Virus record (IMG/VR): IMGVR_UViG_3300045738_001741
Location: 1 to 54,386 of that record
Length of the DNA: 54,386 nucleotides
DNA from: a virus
Taxonomy: Duplodnaviria; Caudoviricetes
Reading direction: 5' to 3' (one strand)
In this document: positions 19,198 to 28,600 of the stretch, in pieces
Layout of the letters: every line of letters starts with the position of its first letter
Numbering within the stretch: the first letter of the stretch is position 1
Notes under the pieces: generated by a model
Told to the model about the DNA's origin: nothing
Seen by the model: the letters and a program-made list of their open reading frames with translations, nothing else
The model's database searches: none
Position numbers and translations under genes: made by a program

Positions 19198-19477
19198 AAT
19201 TAGAACCATAATGGAAGAGGCTCTCAAAGAGGAAAATCCAGAAGCCTTGTTCGCTGATGGTTTTGATGATGCCATTATAGGAATTTGTAGAAAAGCTGGA
19301 GAATCTCCTGTTGTAGCTTACAGTTACGATAGATGTGTGGAAGTATTAACTAATTCCAGTGAAATGTTCCTCGAACCCTTGTCTTATGAGTCTGCTTTGG
19401 AATGGATGGAATTCAATGTTGTTTCTGCCTATATGGGGAAACATACTCCAGTTTTTATAGATTCTGAAAATATGTGA
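19190..19477 (+). CDS. phage-type hypothetical protein
   Basis: ADGFDDAIIG...EWMEFNV.SAYMG..TP pattern familiar from phage hypotheticals. Confidence 0.75.
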   Translation: MNEIRTIMEEALKEENPEALFADGFDDAIIGICRKAGESPVVAYSYDRCVEVLTNSSEMFLEPLSYESALEWMEFNVVSAYMGKHTPVFIDSENM

Positions 19478-19550
19478 ATTAGGACGGCGTATCGCTGGCG
19501 ACATCTTAAATAAAATCTTCTATAAATTTAATAACATCCCCTGTTATCTT

Positions 19551-20222
19551 TCAAGCGTTATTTCCATCCCAATCTCCCGGATATTTCGCCGCCGACGTGC
19601 TAAAAGGACTGGCGTAAACGGGTTCACCGTATGGATCTTCTTTTTCAATGCGGGCTACTACTTCTTCAGCAGCCTCTTTTGATGGAAACTTAACAGCATC
19701 TTTATAAGTGCCGAATGAATTTCGAACTCGGCTTTTCCATCCAATAAAGTATCTCTCATCCCATAGCCATCCGCTACGCTCAACAATGTGTGTCTGCTCG
19801 CCCGCTTTGGCGGGTCGCTGGTATTGCCTCTTGTCCATCCACAGCGCCTCGGCGGCGTGCTTGGCTTGTTCGAGATCATCGTAGCGATCTTTTAGTTCTT
19901 TCCGCTGAGAATCAGTTATATCGTCATACTCGTCGTAATCGAGTTCACGTATTCTTCGCAGCGCCCGGTCTGCTCGCTGATCAGGGTTTACTATCCAATC
20001 GTCTTCTTCGTTAATATCGATCCACTCTCTGAAACTCAACCTCTGAAATGTGTTGAGACTGCGGTTAGGTGTGACAATTAGCTTTTTGACTTCTTTATCT
20101 CCTCGGTCGGAAGTGATGGCACGCCAAGCTTTACGCCGGGTTTGGATGGATAGCCCTTTGAATACATCTCGTATGGATCGTGCCAATTCTAATGTGGCTT
20201 GTCTAGGGTTATTTTTTGCCAT
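19551..20222 (-). CDS. hypothetical protein with internal LSFREWIDINEE motif
   Basis: 223 aa ORF; GGAG SD. Confidence 0.7.
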   Translation of the reverse strand: MAKNNPRQATLELARSIRDVFKGLSIQTRRKAWRAITSDRGDKEVKKLIVTPNRSLNTFQRLSFREWIDINEEDDWIVNPDQRADRALRRIRELDYDEYDDITDSQRKELKDRYDDLEQAKHAAEALWMDKRQYQRPAKAGEQTHIVERSGWLWDERYFIGWKSRVRNSFGTYKDAVKFPSKEAAEEVVARIEKEDPYGEPVYASPFSTSAAKYPGDWDGNNA

Positions 20223-20433
20223 TCATTATCTCCTGATGTAGCTTCCAATGTCTGTAATAGAATCTACCATCTTCTCCGATTAACCTTTCAGCGAGTCCTA
20301 AGTCAACCATCTTTCCGAATGTTTTTGAAACAACATCAGTAAGTTCTTCTTCACTTAGCTTATCCCAGCCAATTTTTTTGGCCATCGATCTGAGCTTGTC
20401 ATATTTATTTTTTGGGTTGTTATTTGCTTCCAT
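20209..20433 (-). CDS. hypothetical protein
   Basis: 74 aa ORF overlapping the next start. Confidence 0.6.
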   Translation of the reverse strand: MEANNNPKNKYDKLRSMAKKIGWDKLSEEELTDVVSKTFGKMVDLGLAERLIGEDGRFYYRHWKLHQEIMNGKK

Positions 20434-20510
20434 TTTGTTTATATTCTCTTAGTCCGTCGCCGAACCAACGATGCACTGAAACCCATAGTACCAGTGAGGC
20501 GACGGGCTTT

Positions 20511-21293
20511 TTAATACCAATGCATCGTATTTGCTATAGTTTCTATAATCTCTGCTCTAGGTTGGGTTGGGCAAAAATACAAATCGGTATCATTTGCCAT
20601 AATTCCCCAGTCGTGTCCTCGACCCACCCCCGACTCAATATTGTAATTCATTAGTCTAATCATGCCGGTATTCTTGTCGAAACTTAATACTGTTTGATTT
20701 TCTTCTACACGCTTGTGATCTTGAGCCTCCACACCGTGTCCTCGCACGCTTAATCGAATGATGTAATGATTATCGGACATCTTTTTAACGCCCTCGAATA
20801 TGAATATGTCCCTGGCTACTTTTCGTAAGGAATCAGCCATTTGACTAGTCAGACTCTCTAGTTCTTTGTAATCTTTTTTTGGAGAATCTGGTGGGATTTT
20901 GTCGATTCGATCAAGCTCGTCTAAAACTTCATTGGCAACAACCTCCTCATAACCACCAAATCCAGCTTGATTTATTTGAAAAATTCTTTTGGTGTACCAA
21001 ACTTCTTTTCCAGTTAGATCATTTCCAAGCTTGTCAATCATTAAGTTAAGTCCGGTGCCGCACCAACATCGCACTGCACCAGGGCCTTTACCCCAATGAA
21101 TCTCGTTGAGGAATTTATCACGACCTTCTTTAACGCCTAGATCATGTTTTTCTATATAACGAAAAAATTTCTCGATACTAAATCTCTTGACTGGCATTTC
21201 ATCTTGTTTGGCACTATCGGGCGTATTGGGACTATTTTCAAATCCGAAAATGTCTTTGAATTCTAGCCAAGTTTTGAATTTACTAATCGACAT
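20511..21293 (-). CDS. hypothetical protein (N-terminal KFKTWLE motif)
   Basis: 260 aa ORF. Confidence 0.75.
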   Translation of the reverse strand: MSISKFKTWLEFKDIFGFENSPNTPDSAKQDEMPVKRFSIEKFFRYIEKHDLGVKEGRDKFLNEIHWGKGPGAVRCWCGTGLNLMIDKLGNDLTGKEVWYTKRIFQINQAGFGGYEEVVANEVLDELDRIDKIPPDSPKKDYKELESLTSQMADSLRKVARDIFIFEGVKKMSDNHYIIRLSVRGHGVEAQDHKRVEENQTVLSFDKNTGMIRLMNYNIESGVGRGHDWGIMANDTDLYFCPTQPRAEIIETIANTMHWY

Positions 21294-21460
21294 AATGTTT
21301 CCGTGTTATATTATGCATGTCCACTAAGGCGTGCTGTTGTCTATATCTAGTGCCTTTTGATCCAATAAATACTATGTCGTCATTTACGGTTATGTGTAAC
21401 TGGTAAATTGGAAAAAATGTAGTAGATAGAAGTAAGAGTTAATTGTAGAAGGCAATAAAA

Positions 21461-21682
21461 ATGAACTTTGATTTTGAAGAACTTGATTATAGTATTCTTA
21501 ATGAAAACAAAATAACTTCAAAAGAAGTAAAGTCTTGGGTTCATTGTTTTATTACGAATACTGCCCCTAGCTTTGAACAAGCAAAAGAGTTTTTTGAACG
21601 CAAGGACATTAAAATAACAAAACCAATGTATGAAAAGATTTGCAAAGAAAGGGCGCAAAAGCCTGCTGGTAAGGGATCATGA
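21461..21682 (+). CDS. hypothetical protein
   Basis: 73 aa ORF coupled by ATGA to the protease gene. Confidence 0.6.
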   Translation: MNFDFEELDYSILNENKITSKEVKSWVHCFITNTAPSFEQAKEFFERKDIKITKPMYEKICKERAQKPAGKGS

Positions 21683-22326
21683 CTATTTTCAAATGTTTCA
21701 ACACATCAGTTAAGTTACATTGGTCATGGTTGGCTTTGATATTGATTTTATCATTTGCTTCTCCTAAGTTCATCCCTATTTTTCTTTTAGTTCACTTTTT
21801 TGTTCTTTTGCACGAATTTGGTCATATTATTATGGCCCAATATTTAGGAGCGGCTACAGGGGATATTACTTTATATCCTATTGGTGGAATAGCTAAAGTT
21901 ACTATTCCTAGAAGTGCAAAAAAAGAGATGTTGATTGTTTTTGCTGGACCGGCGGTTAATTTAGTTTTAGCTTTAGTGTTTTTTGTATTGTTATTTTTGC
22001 TGCCTGAATTGCCTACTGTATTATCATTTCTTAATTTTTGCTGTATTTCCAATATTGTGTTGTTTGTTTTTAATCTATTACCAATATTCCCCACCGATGG
22101 TGGAAGATTGCTCAGAGCCGCTCTTTTCTTCTTTGTAAAAGATTATTATAAGTCTACTCTTGTATCGGTTAGAACAGGTCAAATATTGGAGGTAAGCATG
22201 GCTGTATTGGGACTTTATTTTGGATACTTTATGATTTCTTTTATTGCTGTGTTTTTGTTTATTGCGGCTGAAGCTGAGCTTAACGTAGTGCGCCAGTTAG
22301 AAACTTGGAGACAACCAAAAACCTAG
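21679..22326 (+). CDS. site-2 protease (M50 intramembrane Zn metalloprotease)
   Basis: LHEFGH, AGPAVN, FNLLPIFPTDGGR, several TM segments. Confidence 0.93.
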   Translation: MTIFKCFNTSVKLHWSWLALILILSFASPKFIPIFLLVHFFVLLHEFGHIIMAQYLGAATGDITLYPIGGIAKVTIPRSAKKEMLIVFAGPAVNLVLALVFFVLLFLLPELPTVLSFLNFCCISNIVLFVFNLLPIFPTDGGRLLRAALFFFVKDYYKSTLVSVRTGQILEVSMAVLGLYFGYFMISFIAVFLFIAAEAELNVVRQLETWRQPKT

Positions 22327-22394
22327 CTTTTAGGTTGAATAGCAAGTAACGATTATGTTAAATTGTGTTGTCTATTTTAGTACAGGGCGGGTAT

Positions 22395-23312
22395 ATGAAA
22401 CAAATCACTCCACAGCATATTTTATCTGTAGATCAATTTTGTAAAGATGATATAGAAGAGTTATTTGATTTGGCTTCAAATATTTCAAAGTGGTTTGAAG
22501 ACAAGCCAAAATATTGCTCATCTTCAACTTCTGAATCATATAATCTAGATGGCAATCCGGGATACGATTTATCAGGTGCTTCATTTGATTTCCTGATGGC
22601 TACAGTATTTTTTGAACCATCAACTAGAACAAGGTTATCATTTGAAGCAGCGTGTCTTAAACTGGGTGGTGATATTATTAGTGTTGAAAACGCTGTAATT
22701 AGCTCTTCTGACAAAAAGGGAGAAAGTTTAGAAGACACAATTAAAACTATTTCTCAATACGCAGATGTCATTGTTCTAAGACATCCAGAAACCGGTTCGG
22801 CCCAGAGGGCGGCAGAGAATTCAGATGTCCCGGTAATCAATGCTGGAGATGGCGATGGGGAACACCCAACACAAGCCCTACTTGATCTTTATACGATATG
22901 GAAAGAAAAAGGCACCATTGATGGTTTGAATATTTTGTTTCATGCTGACATTGAACACGCACGCACAGTTAATTCTCTAAAAAAGCTCCTAGGACTGTAT
23001 GATGTAGAAATTAAAGAGGAGGGTTTGTTTGACTCTGGAGTATCCCCACAATGGGAAGAAGCGGATGTGGTTTATGTAACACGAATTCAGTCTGAACGGC
23101 ATAGTTTAAGGATGAATGATGCAATTACCCAGGTTAACAAAAACCTTATGGGAAAAATGAAGAATGATGCAATTCTTCTTCATCCGCTCCCTCGCTGTGG
23201 CGAGGTCTCTAGAGATGTAGATTCTGATCATCGATCAGCCTTTTGGCGTCAGGTCAAAAACGGCATGTATGTTAGGATGGCTTTGCTTAAAATGGTTCTA
23301 GGTCATATATAA
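22395..23312 (+). CDS. pyrB: aspartate carbamoyltransferase catalytic subunit
   Basis: FFEPSTRT, KGESLEDT, INAGDG..EHPTQALLD, TRIQSER, HPLPR; ATG at 22395 preferred. Confidence 0.93.
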   Translation: MKQITPQHILSVDQFCKDDIEELFDLASNISKWFEDKPKYCSSSTSESYNLDGNPGYDLSGASFDFLMATVFFEPSTRTRLSFEAACLKLGGDIISVENAVISSSDKKGESLEDTIKTISQYADVIVLRHPETGSAQRAAENSDVPVINAGDGDGEHPTQALLDLYTIWKEKGTIDGLNILFHADIEHARTVNSLKKLLGLYDVEIKEEGLFDSGVSPQWEEADVVYVTRIQSERHSLRMNDAITQVNKNLMGKMKNDAILLHPLPRCGEVSRDVDSDHRSAFWRQVKNGMYVRMALLKMVLGHI

Positions 23313-23318
23313 TGTGAT

Positions 23319-23627
23319 ATGGAATTTCGATTTTGGATAGAAGCATTAGAATCTAAAAGATTGGCTGCTAAGGATGTGATCCTGAATTTTTTGCAGGATA
23401 AGCTTAGCATCCATGATGCGGATACTATTTTATTGATGAGGACGGATGATTTAGATGCTGATGTAATATCTGATCTTGTAGAGCGAGGGTTGGTCTCATC
23501 AGAAGACGATGACCTTATGCAGGCAATCAAAAATGGTATTACGATTAAAGACTTGATTGATAGACTTGCTGATATAAAAAAACCTAAAGACTTGCCGCCT
23601 CACCATAATTCTTCTTTAGGGGCGTAA
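23319..23627 (+). CDS. hypothetical protein (N-terminal FRFWIE motif)
   Basis: 102 aa ORF. Confidence 0.7.
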   Translation: MEFRFWIEALESKRLAAKDVILNFLQDKLSIHDADTILLMRTDDLDADVISDLVERGLVSSEDDDLMQAIKNGITIKDLIDRLADIKKPKDLPPHHNSSLGA

Positions 23628-23630
23628 TTC

Positions 23631-24425
23631 ATGTTCAGCCACAAGGTGTTGATGTGTAGACCTTCTCACTACAACATTTGTTATACAATCAACCCTTGGA
23701 TGGATATAACCAATGAGGCTGAATATCTGCCATCCCAGAATGAGTGGCAAACATTACATCACACTATAATTCGTTTAGGCGGTTGGGTTGAATATGTCGA
23801 TCCCCAGCCCGGTTTTCCAGATATGGTGTTTACCGCTAATGCCGGTCTTATCTACAAAAACAAATGTGTAGTGTCTAATTTCAAGTTTTTAGAAAGACAG
23901 GGAGAGGAAGCACATTATCAACATCGTTTAGATCAATTTTACGAAACACTACGACTTTCCAAGGAGCTACATTTTGAAGGTGCTGGTGATGCACTTTTTG
24001 CAGGAGATGTATTATTCGCAGGATATGGTTTCAGAAGTGACATAGAAGCCATTGATGAAGTGGCGGATATGTTGGATGTGAATGAGGTTGTGAAATGTCA
24101 ATTAATTGATTCTAGATTCTATCATCTGGATACTTGTTTCTGCCCTCTTAACGATAAGCAAGCGATATACTTTCCAGGCGCATTCCCCAATGAAACTATA
24201 GAAATTATGAAGGATCATCTGGAGATGATAGAAGTTTTAGAGGAAGATGCTGTAAAATTTGCTTGTAATGCAGTTGTCTTGGGAGAAAATATAATCATTC
24301 CAGAAGGTTGCGAAAACACTAAAAGATTATTACAAGACTTGGGTTTTGATGTTTATTCATGTAGAATGAATGAGTATATCAAGGCAGGCGGTGCCTGCAA
24401 GTGCCTTACTTTGCAATTGGTGTAA
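23631..24425 (+). CDS. amidinotransferase/DDAH-family guanidino-modifying enzyme
   Basis: INPWM, PDMVFTAN, FEGAGD, FYHLDTCF, KAGGACKCL. Confidence 0.9.
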   Translation: MFSHKVLMCRPSHYNICYTINPWMDITNEAEYLPSQNEWQTLHHTIIRLGGWVEYVDPQPGFPDMVFTANAGLIYKNKCVVSNFKFLERQGEEAHYQHRLDQFYETLRLSKELHFEGAGDALFAGDVLFAGYGFRSDIEAIDEVADMLDVNEVVKCQLIDSRFYHLDTCFCPLNDKQAIYFPGAFPNETIEIMKDHLEMIEVLEEDAVKFACNAVVLGENIIIPEGCENTKRLLQDLGFDVYSCRMNEYIKAGGACKCLTLQLV

Positions 24426-24427
24426 TT

Positions 24428-25123
24428 ATGGAATTTATAATTGTTCGTCACGCACAGAGTGAAAATAACGTAAATCAGAGTGAGAGTCTTGATAGTTCTC
24501 TTACAAAGATAGGGCAAAATCAAATTGCTCAAACAGCGAACTGGTTTCGTGATAATTTTGATCTCGATGGCTATGTGGGACTCACTAGTCCATATTTGAG
24601 GACTTTACAAACTTCAGAAGCGATTCATCTTGCTAATCCTCAAGTTTCGTTTACTGTACATGACGGGTCAAGAGAATACCACATTGACAAAGAAGAAGCC
24701 GATCTTGCTGAGGGTAGGATGAAAATTGTCAATAGAAAAGAGCTTTTTCCAAATTTTCACTGGCCCCAAGAACACTGGCAGGAGGAGGCGTGTTTGTACT
24801 GGAATGAGACTCTTGATGAATTCGTTGAACGAGTGGGGGTTTTTGTAAAGAGTTTGCGTAGTTCTGATAAATACATTATTGTAGGGCACGCTGCATCTTG
24901 CCGTGTTTTGCATGATACTATCACCAAAAAAGATATGACGTATCTTTTTAAGCGATACAAGCCAGTGGGTGTCAATCGACCTACTAGTATGAATTATGAG
25001 TCTTACAAGGATGATGGAATTCAAAATGCAAGTTTAACCTGGATTGTTGATGGCGAATGCCGTTGGTTTTCTAAAGTGGTATACGAGGACTGCGATGAAG
25101 AAATTCAGCAAATGGTGCGTTGA
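24428..25123 (+). CDS. histidine phosphatase family protein
   Basis: IVRHAQS, TSPYLRTLQT, IVGH, NASLT. Confidence 0.88.
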   Translation: MEFIIVRHAQSENNVNQSESLDSSLTKIGQNQIAQTANWFRDNFDLDGYVGLTSPYLRTLQTSEAIHLANPQVSFTVHDGSREYHIDKEEADLAEGRMKIVNRKELFPNFHWPQEHWQEEACLYWNETLDEFVERVGVFVKSLRSSDKYIIVGHAASCRVLHDTITKKDMTYLFKRYKPVGVNRPTSMNYESYKDDGIQNASLTWIVDGECRWFSKVVYEDCDEEIQQMVR

Positions 25124-25754
25124 AGCAAAAGAAACGGCTCCTCCAGATCGAGTTGTGATTATCATGCGTGGGTTGTCTGGTTCTGGCAAGAGCCACACCG
25201 CAAAAAAGATGCTGGAAATATATGGTGGAGGTGATCCTGCTGACAATATTTTTTCTAATGACAATTATTGGATCAAAGATTTGCTTGCCGACCGTCGTCG
25301 TCGAGAGAATCTTGGTGTGCCCATCGATCAAGAGGCCGAAGATCAAATAGAACTTGCTACTTATCGACAAAATTGGACAGGTAAAAAACTTGGCGATGCA
25401 CAAAAATGGAGTTTTGACAAGTTCAAAAAAGCTGTAGATCAGTGGATGACGCCACTTGTGGTGGACAACCAAAATGTATTAGCTAGATATATGAAGAACT
25501 ATGTTGAATATGCAGAGAAGGCCGGATATAGAGTTGTCATCAAAGAACCAGAGTCAGATTGGTGGCGTGATAATCGGCATTTGTTAGCGGCGAATCCCCC
25601 GCATCAAAGAGATAAGGATAAATTGGGTAAGTTTGCTGAATTTTTGGCAAGCAACAATGCTCACGGTGTGCCCAAAGATGTCATTTTTAGAAACTTGCAA
25701 AAATGGCAGCATGATCTTTCAGCAGATGATATTATGGGGCGCAAGACTAGTTAA
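25095..25754 (+). CDS. P-loop kinase (AAA_33/N4BP2-like polynucleotide kinase type)
   Basis: IIMRGLSGSGKS, VVDNQN, NAHGVP; ATG 25095 gives MKKFSKWCVE. Confidence 0.8.
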   Translation: MKKFSKWCVEAKETAPPDRVVIIMRGLSGSGKSHTAKKMLEIYGGGDPADNIFSNDNYWIKDLLADRRRRENLGVPIDQEAEDQIELATYRQNWTGKKLGDAQKWSFDKFKKAVDQWMTPLVVDNQNVLARYMKNYVEYAEKAGYRVVIKEPESDWWRDNRHLLAANPPHQRDKDKLGKFAEFLASNNAHGVPKDVIFRNLQKWQHDLSADDIMGRKTS

Positions 25755-25756
25755 GA

Positions 25757-26101
25757 TTATTCATCCCAAAGACGGCACCAACCTTCTGATTTGATTTCGC
25801 CTCTCATCATACTGCAAATTAGCTTCCCGGTTGCCACTTGTTTATAGGCATACTCACAATTTCCACACGTTTGTGACCCATTTGTTTTATCTACGTAGTT
25901 CGCATCCTCTTTGGACATTTTATATGGCTGTGTGCTAGGCCCGATTAGGAACTCTAACAAGGGTTTATCCTGCTTGTCTTCGGGTGGCATCTTGTTGAAG
26001 TTTTCTATTTCCTTCTTTACGCCCGGAGCGGCCCCTTCTCCAGCATTAGGATATTCATAGACTGTTTTTTGCTCTAGGAGCCATTCGTTGTAAGATTTCA
26101 T
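25757..26101 (-). CDS. HiPIP-like [4Fe-4S] domain protein
   Basis: YVDKTNGSQTCGNC...C.MMRGEIKSEGWCRLW matches the small-HiPIP Cys pattern. Confidence 0.7.
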   Translation of the reverse strand: MKSYNEWLLEQKTVYEYPNAGEGAAPGVKKEIENFNKMPPEDKQDKPLLEFLIGPSTQPYKMSKEDANYVDKTNGSQTCGNCEYAYKQVATGKLICSMMRGEIKSEGWCRLWDE

Positions 26102-27279
26102 TGTGTTGGAAAACTCGTTGCAGATTGAACCGGGGTGCCTCCAGTGAGATTCTGTAATTGAGATAGACTCATGTTTGCAGCCATGCGGTGACTCACCCGA
26201 CCTGTATCTACTGCCTGCTGACGGAGTGCAGCGTGTTGACTTTGAAAATCCTGAGTATGTTGTGCTGCCGTAGCTTGAGCTTCCGGTCCCATACCAATAT
26301 CTTCTGGATTGCCGATTACTCCACCACTACGAGGTGCTACACTACCATCAATAGTTTGTGTCGTTCCATCAGCGGCAGCGGCCTGCCGATAGTCTTCGGG
26401 AGTCTGGCCGGGCTGAAGATCAGCCGAGTCAACGGGATATTCCCCAGTAGGTATGGGCGGCATTCCGCCCCCATGAGGTGGCGGTACTGGATAGCCTGCG
26501 GAATCGGCAGGAACAGGATCAACACTACCAACATCAGCACCAGGATCAACGCTAGCACCAGCCATACCAGCCATGCCACCTAACACTGAGCCTGCCGCTA
26601 TGGCACCACCAGCCTGTAGGCCCTTAGCAAGAACTGGATGCTTCTTTCCCCAAGCTGACAGTTTGTCTCCTACACCAGCAATTGCTCCTCGCACACCACC
26701 TTTTCTACTAAGCATGTCTGATTTGCCTAAAACATCACCTGCTCCTCTTGTCATTTTTCCAAGAATCCCTTTACCTTCTACGCCTTGTAATTTCTGAGCA
26801 ATACCACCGGCTTGTTTGGTTTCTGTGTCATGCATTTGAGCCAGGGATTGATCTACACCAGCTATTTGAGGTTCAACTTGCTGTAAAGATTGATTCATAG
26901 CTTGAGCATTTTGTAATAAAGCCTGAGCTTCAGGAACTTTTTCACTTGCTCCTGTAAGAGCAGCGATTAATTTGTTTGTAGCGTCTTTTGCTTGTTGGAA
27001 GGCAGGTGAAATCTTATCGGCTTGTCCACCTCCCAGCCAACCGCCAACAGCTTGACCAGCTTTTTGACCTGCAATGGCACCGCCAATGGCACCGGCAGGA
27101 CCAGCTACCATTGATCCACCTATGCCGCCAGCAAGAGCTAAAGGATTGAATTCAAGATAGATATCAGCCAATTCGTTAAGACTTTTAGGATCAATCTCTT
27201 TGTCTAAGATAATTTGGGCGCAATCATTGAGTATGATTTCGTAATTATCGCTAACTTGAATAAATTCTGCAAAATTCAT
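26098..27279 (-). CDS. Gly/Ala-rich glycine-zipper protein, candidate internal virion protein
   Basis: GxxxG runs, Pro-rich linker, MNFAEF start. Confidence 0.7.
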   Translation of the reverse strand: MNFAEFIQVSDNYEIILNDCAQIILDKEIDPKSLNELADIYLEFNPLALAGGIGGSMVAGPAGAIGGAIAGQKAGQAVGGWLGGGQADKISPAFQQAKDATNKLIAALTGASEKVPEAQALLQNAQAMNQSLQQVEPQIAGVDQSLAQMHDTETKQAGGIAQKLQGVEGKGILGKMTRGAGDVLGKSDMLSRKGGVRGAIAGVGDKLSAWGKKHPVLAKGLQAGGAIAAGSVLGGMAGMAGASVDPGADVGSVDPVPADSAGYPVPPPHGGGMPPIPTGEYPVDSADLQPGQTPEDYRQAAAADGTTQTIDGSVAPRSGGVIGNPEDIGMGPEAQATAAQHTQDFQSQHAALRQQAVDTGRVSHRMAANMSLSQLQNLTGGTPVQSATSFPTQ

Positions 27280-27287
27280 GATGTATC

Positions 27288-28073
27288 TCAAAACAACCGC
27301 TTGGGTTCTTGGTAGGTGCGTTCAGGTGCTTCTTTACTTTTCTTCAATTTAATCCAGTTTTGCTTATTTATATCACGTCCAGCACCGTCGCCGAGACCAC
27401 GAAAAGTATCTGGCAAAATATCCTTAAACCCACTTGCCAGAAGAGAATCCAAATCATCATCAAACTTACCGCTCATTATTGCATCTCTCATTTCTTCTGA
27501 CATTTCCTTTTCTCTTGCAACAATGGCTTTTCTAATAGTTCTTTGAACATTTCTGCGACGACGGGCATCACCTACAATCGTATCACCGTGAAACCTTAAT
27601 GTCTTAAGCATTTCTGCAAGAAAAGCGGTTGGAAAAAACTTTGAAACAAGAAAAACAGCAGGACCATAAACGGGATACATCAAAACAGTGATAACTTTTT
27701 TAATTCCCGACAAAACCTTATTGCTCGGCTCTTTTGCAGCAGTGTCCGGGAAAGGATCGAGTTCAAAATTAGGACTTGTTCGATCTTCTTTATCACGAGG
27801 CATTATTTGATCGCCAATATCGTCTGGAATTTTATCTAAATTAATTTTATCCAAATATGACAACTTTTTAAGCGTAGTAAGTTTGCCATCATCACCATCA
27901 TCATCACCATCAGAGTCAAGTTCGTCATCTGGATAACGATAAACAGGTTTGGCTTCAGGAAGTCTACTTGTACGGGCGATTGTAGAATTATCCCGCCGAG
28001 GCAATCTTTTAGACTGCATTATTTCTTCAGCTTCTCTGACAACTACTTCTTCAAAAAATTCTGCAAAATTCAT
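27288..28073 (-). CDS. hypothetical protein (MNFAEFFEE start, one hydrophobic segment)
   Basis: 261 aa ORF. Confidence 0.7.
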   Translation of the reverse strand: MNFAEFFEEVVVREAEEIMQSKRLPRRDNSTIARTSRLPEAKPVYRYPDDELDSDGDDDGDDGKLTTLKKLSYLDKINLDKIPDDIGDQIMPRDKEDRTSPNFELDPFPDTAAKEPSNKVLSGIKKVITVLMYPVYGPAVFLVSKFFPTAFLAEMLKTLRFHGDTIVGDARRRRNVQRTIRKAIVAREKEMSEEMRDAIMSGKFDDDLDSLLASGFKDILPDTFRGLGDGAGRDINKQNWIKLKKSKEAPERTYQEPKRLF

Positions 28074-28225
28074 GATTATTCCTAAGTCAATGTCTAAATT
28101 ATTTAGGCAAGTTGTGCAAAAAGTAAAATATCATTATTTCATTAGCACTTATGTCGAACTGGACTTCAAGTTCAAAATTTGTTATCATATATAAGACTAG
28201 ATGTATGTAGAAAGGATAGGGTAAT

Positions 28226-28600
28226 ATGCGAATTAGAAAGGCAAACACATTTGAAGCCAGACTGTACATTGGGTCGGTCCAGGGCTATCATGGGACACCG
28301 TTTACATTTGAAGAATTAAAGGAAGAAGTAGGGAATTTACAAAGCGAATCTCCAAAGGAAGAGATGATCCCCGTGCGAATTGCCCCCACTAATTTCGTAT
28401 GTGGCAATTATTCAGAAGCCGGATGGGAGGTAGCAGCTATCAACTATCCAAGGTTCCCGAAAGCGGAAGCCCTTATTACTTTATTCATGATGGAGTTGGC
28501 TAAGCGACTGTTGGTTTGTTTTAACCAAAATAGGATTAGTATCATTTTTCCAAATGAAACTATCATGTTCGAGTCAGAAGAAGCAGAACAAATACATTGA
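28226..28600 (+). CDS. hypothetical protein
   Basis: 124 aa ORF. Confidence 0.7.
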   Translation: MRIRKANTFEARLYIGSVQGYHGTPFTFEELKEEVGNLQSESPKEEMIPVRIAPTNFVCGNYSEAGWEVAAINYPRFPKAEALITLFMMELAKRLLVCFNQNRISIIFPNETIMFESEEAEQIH

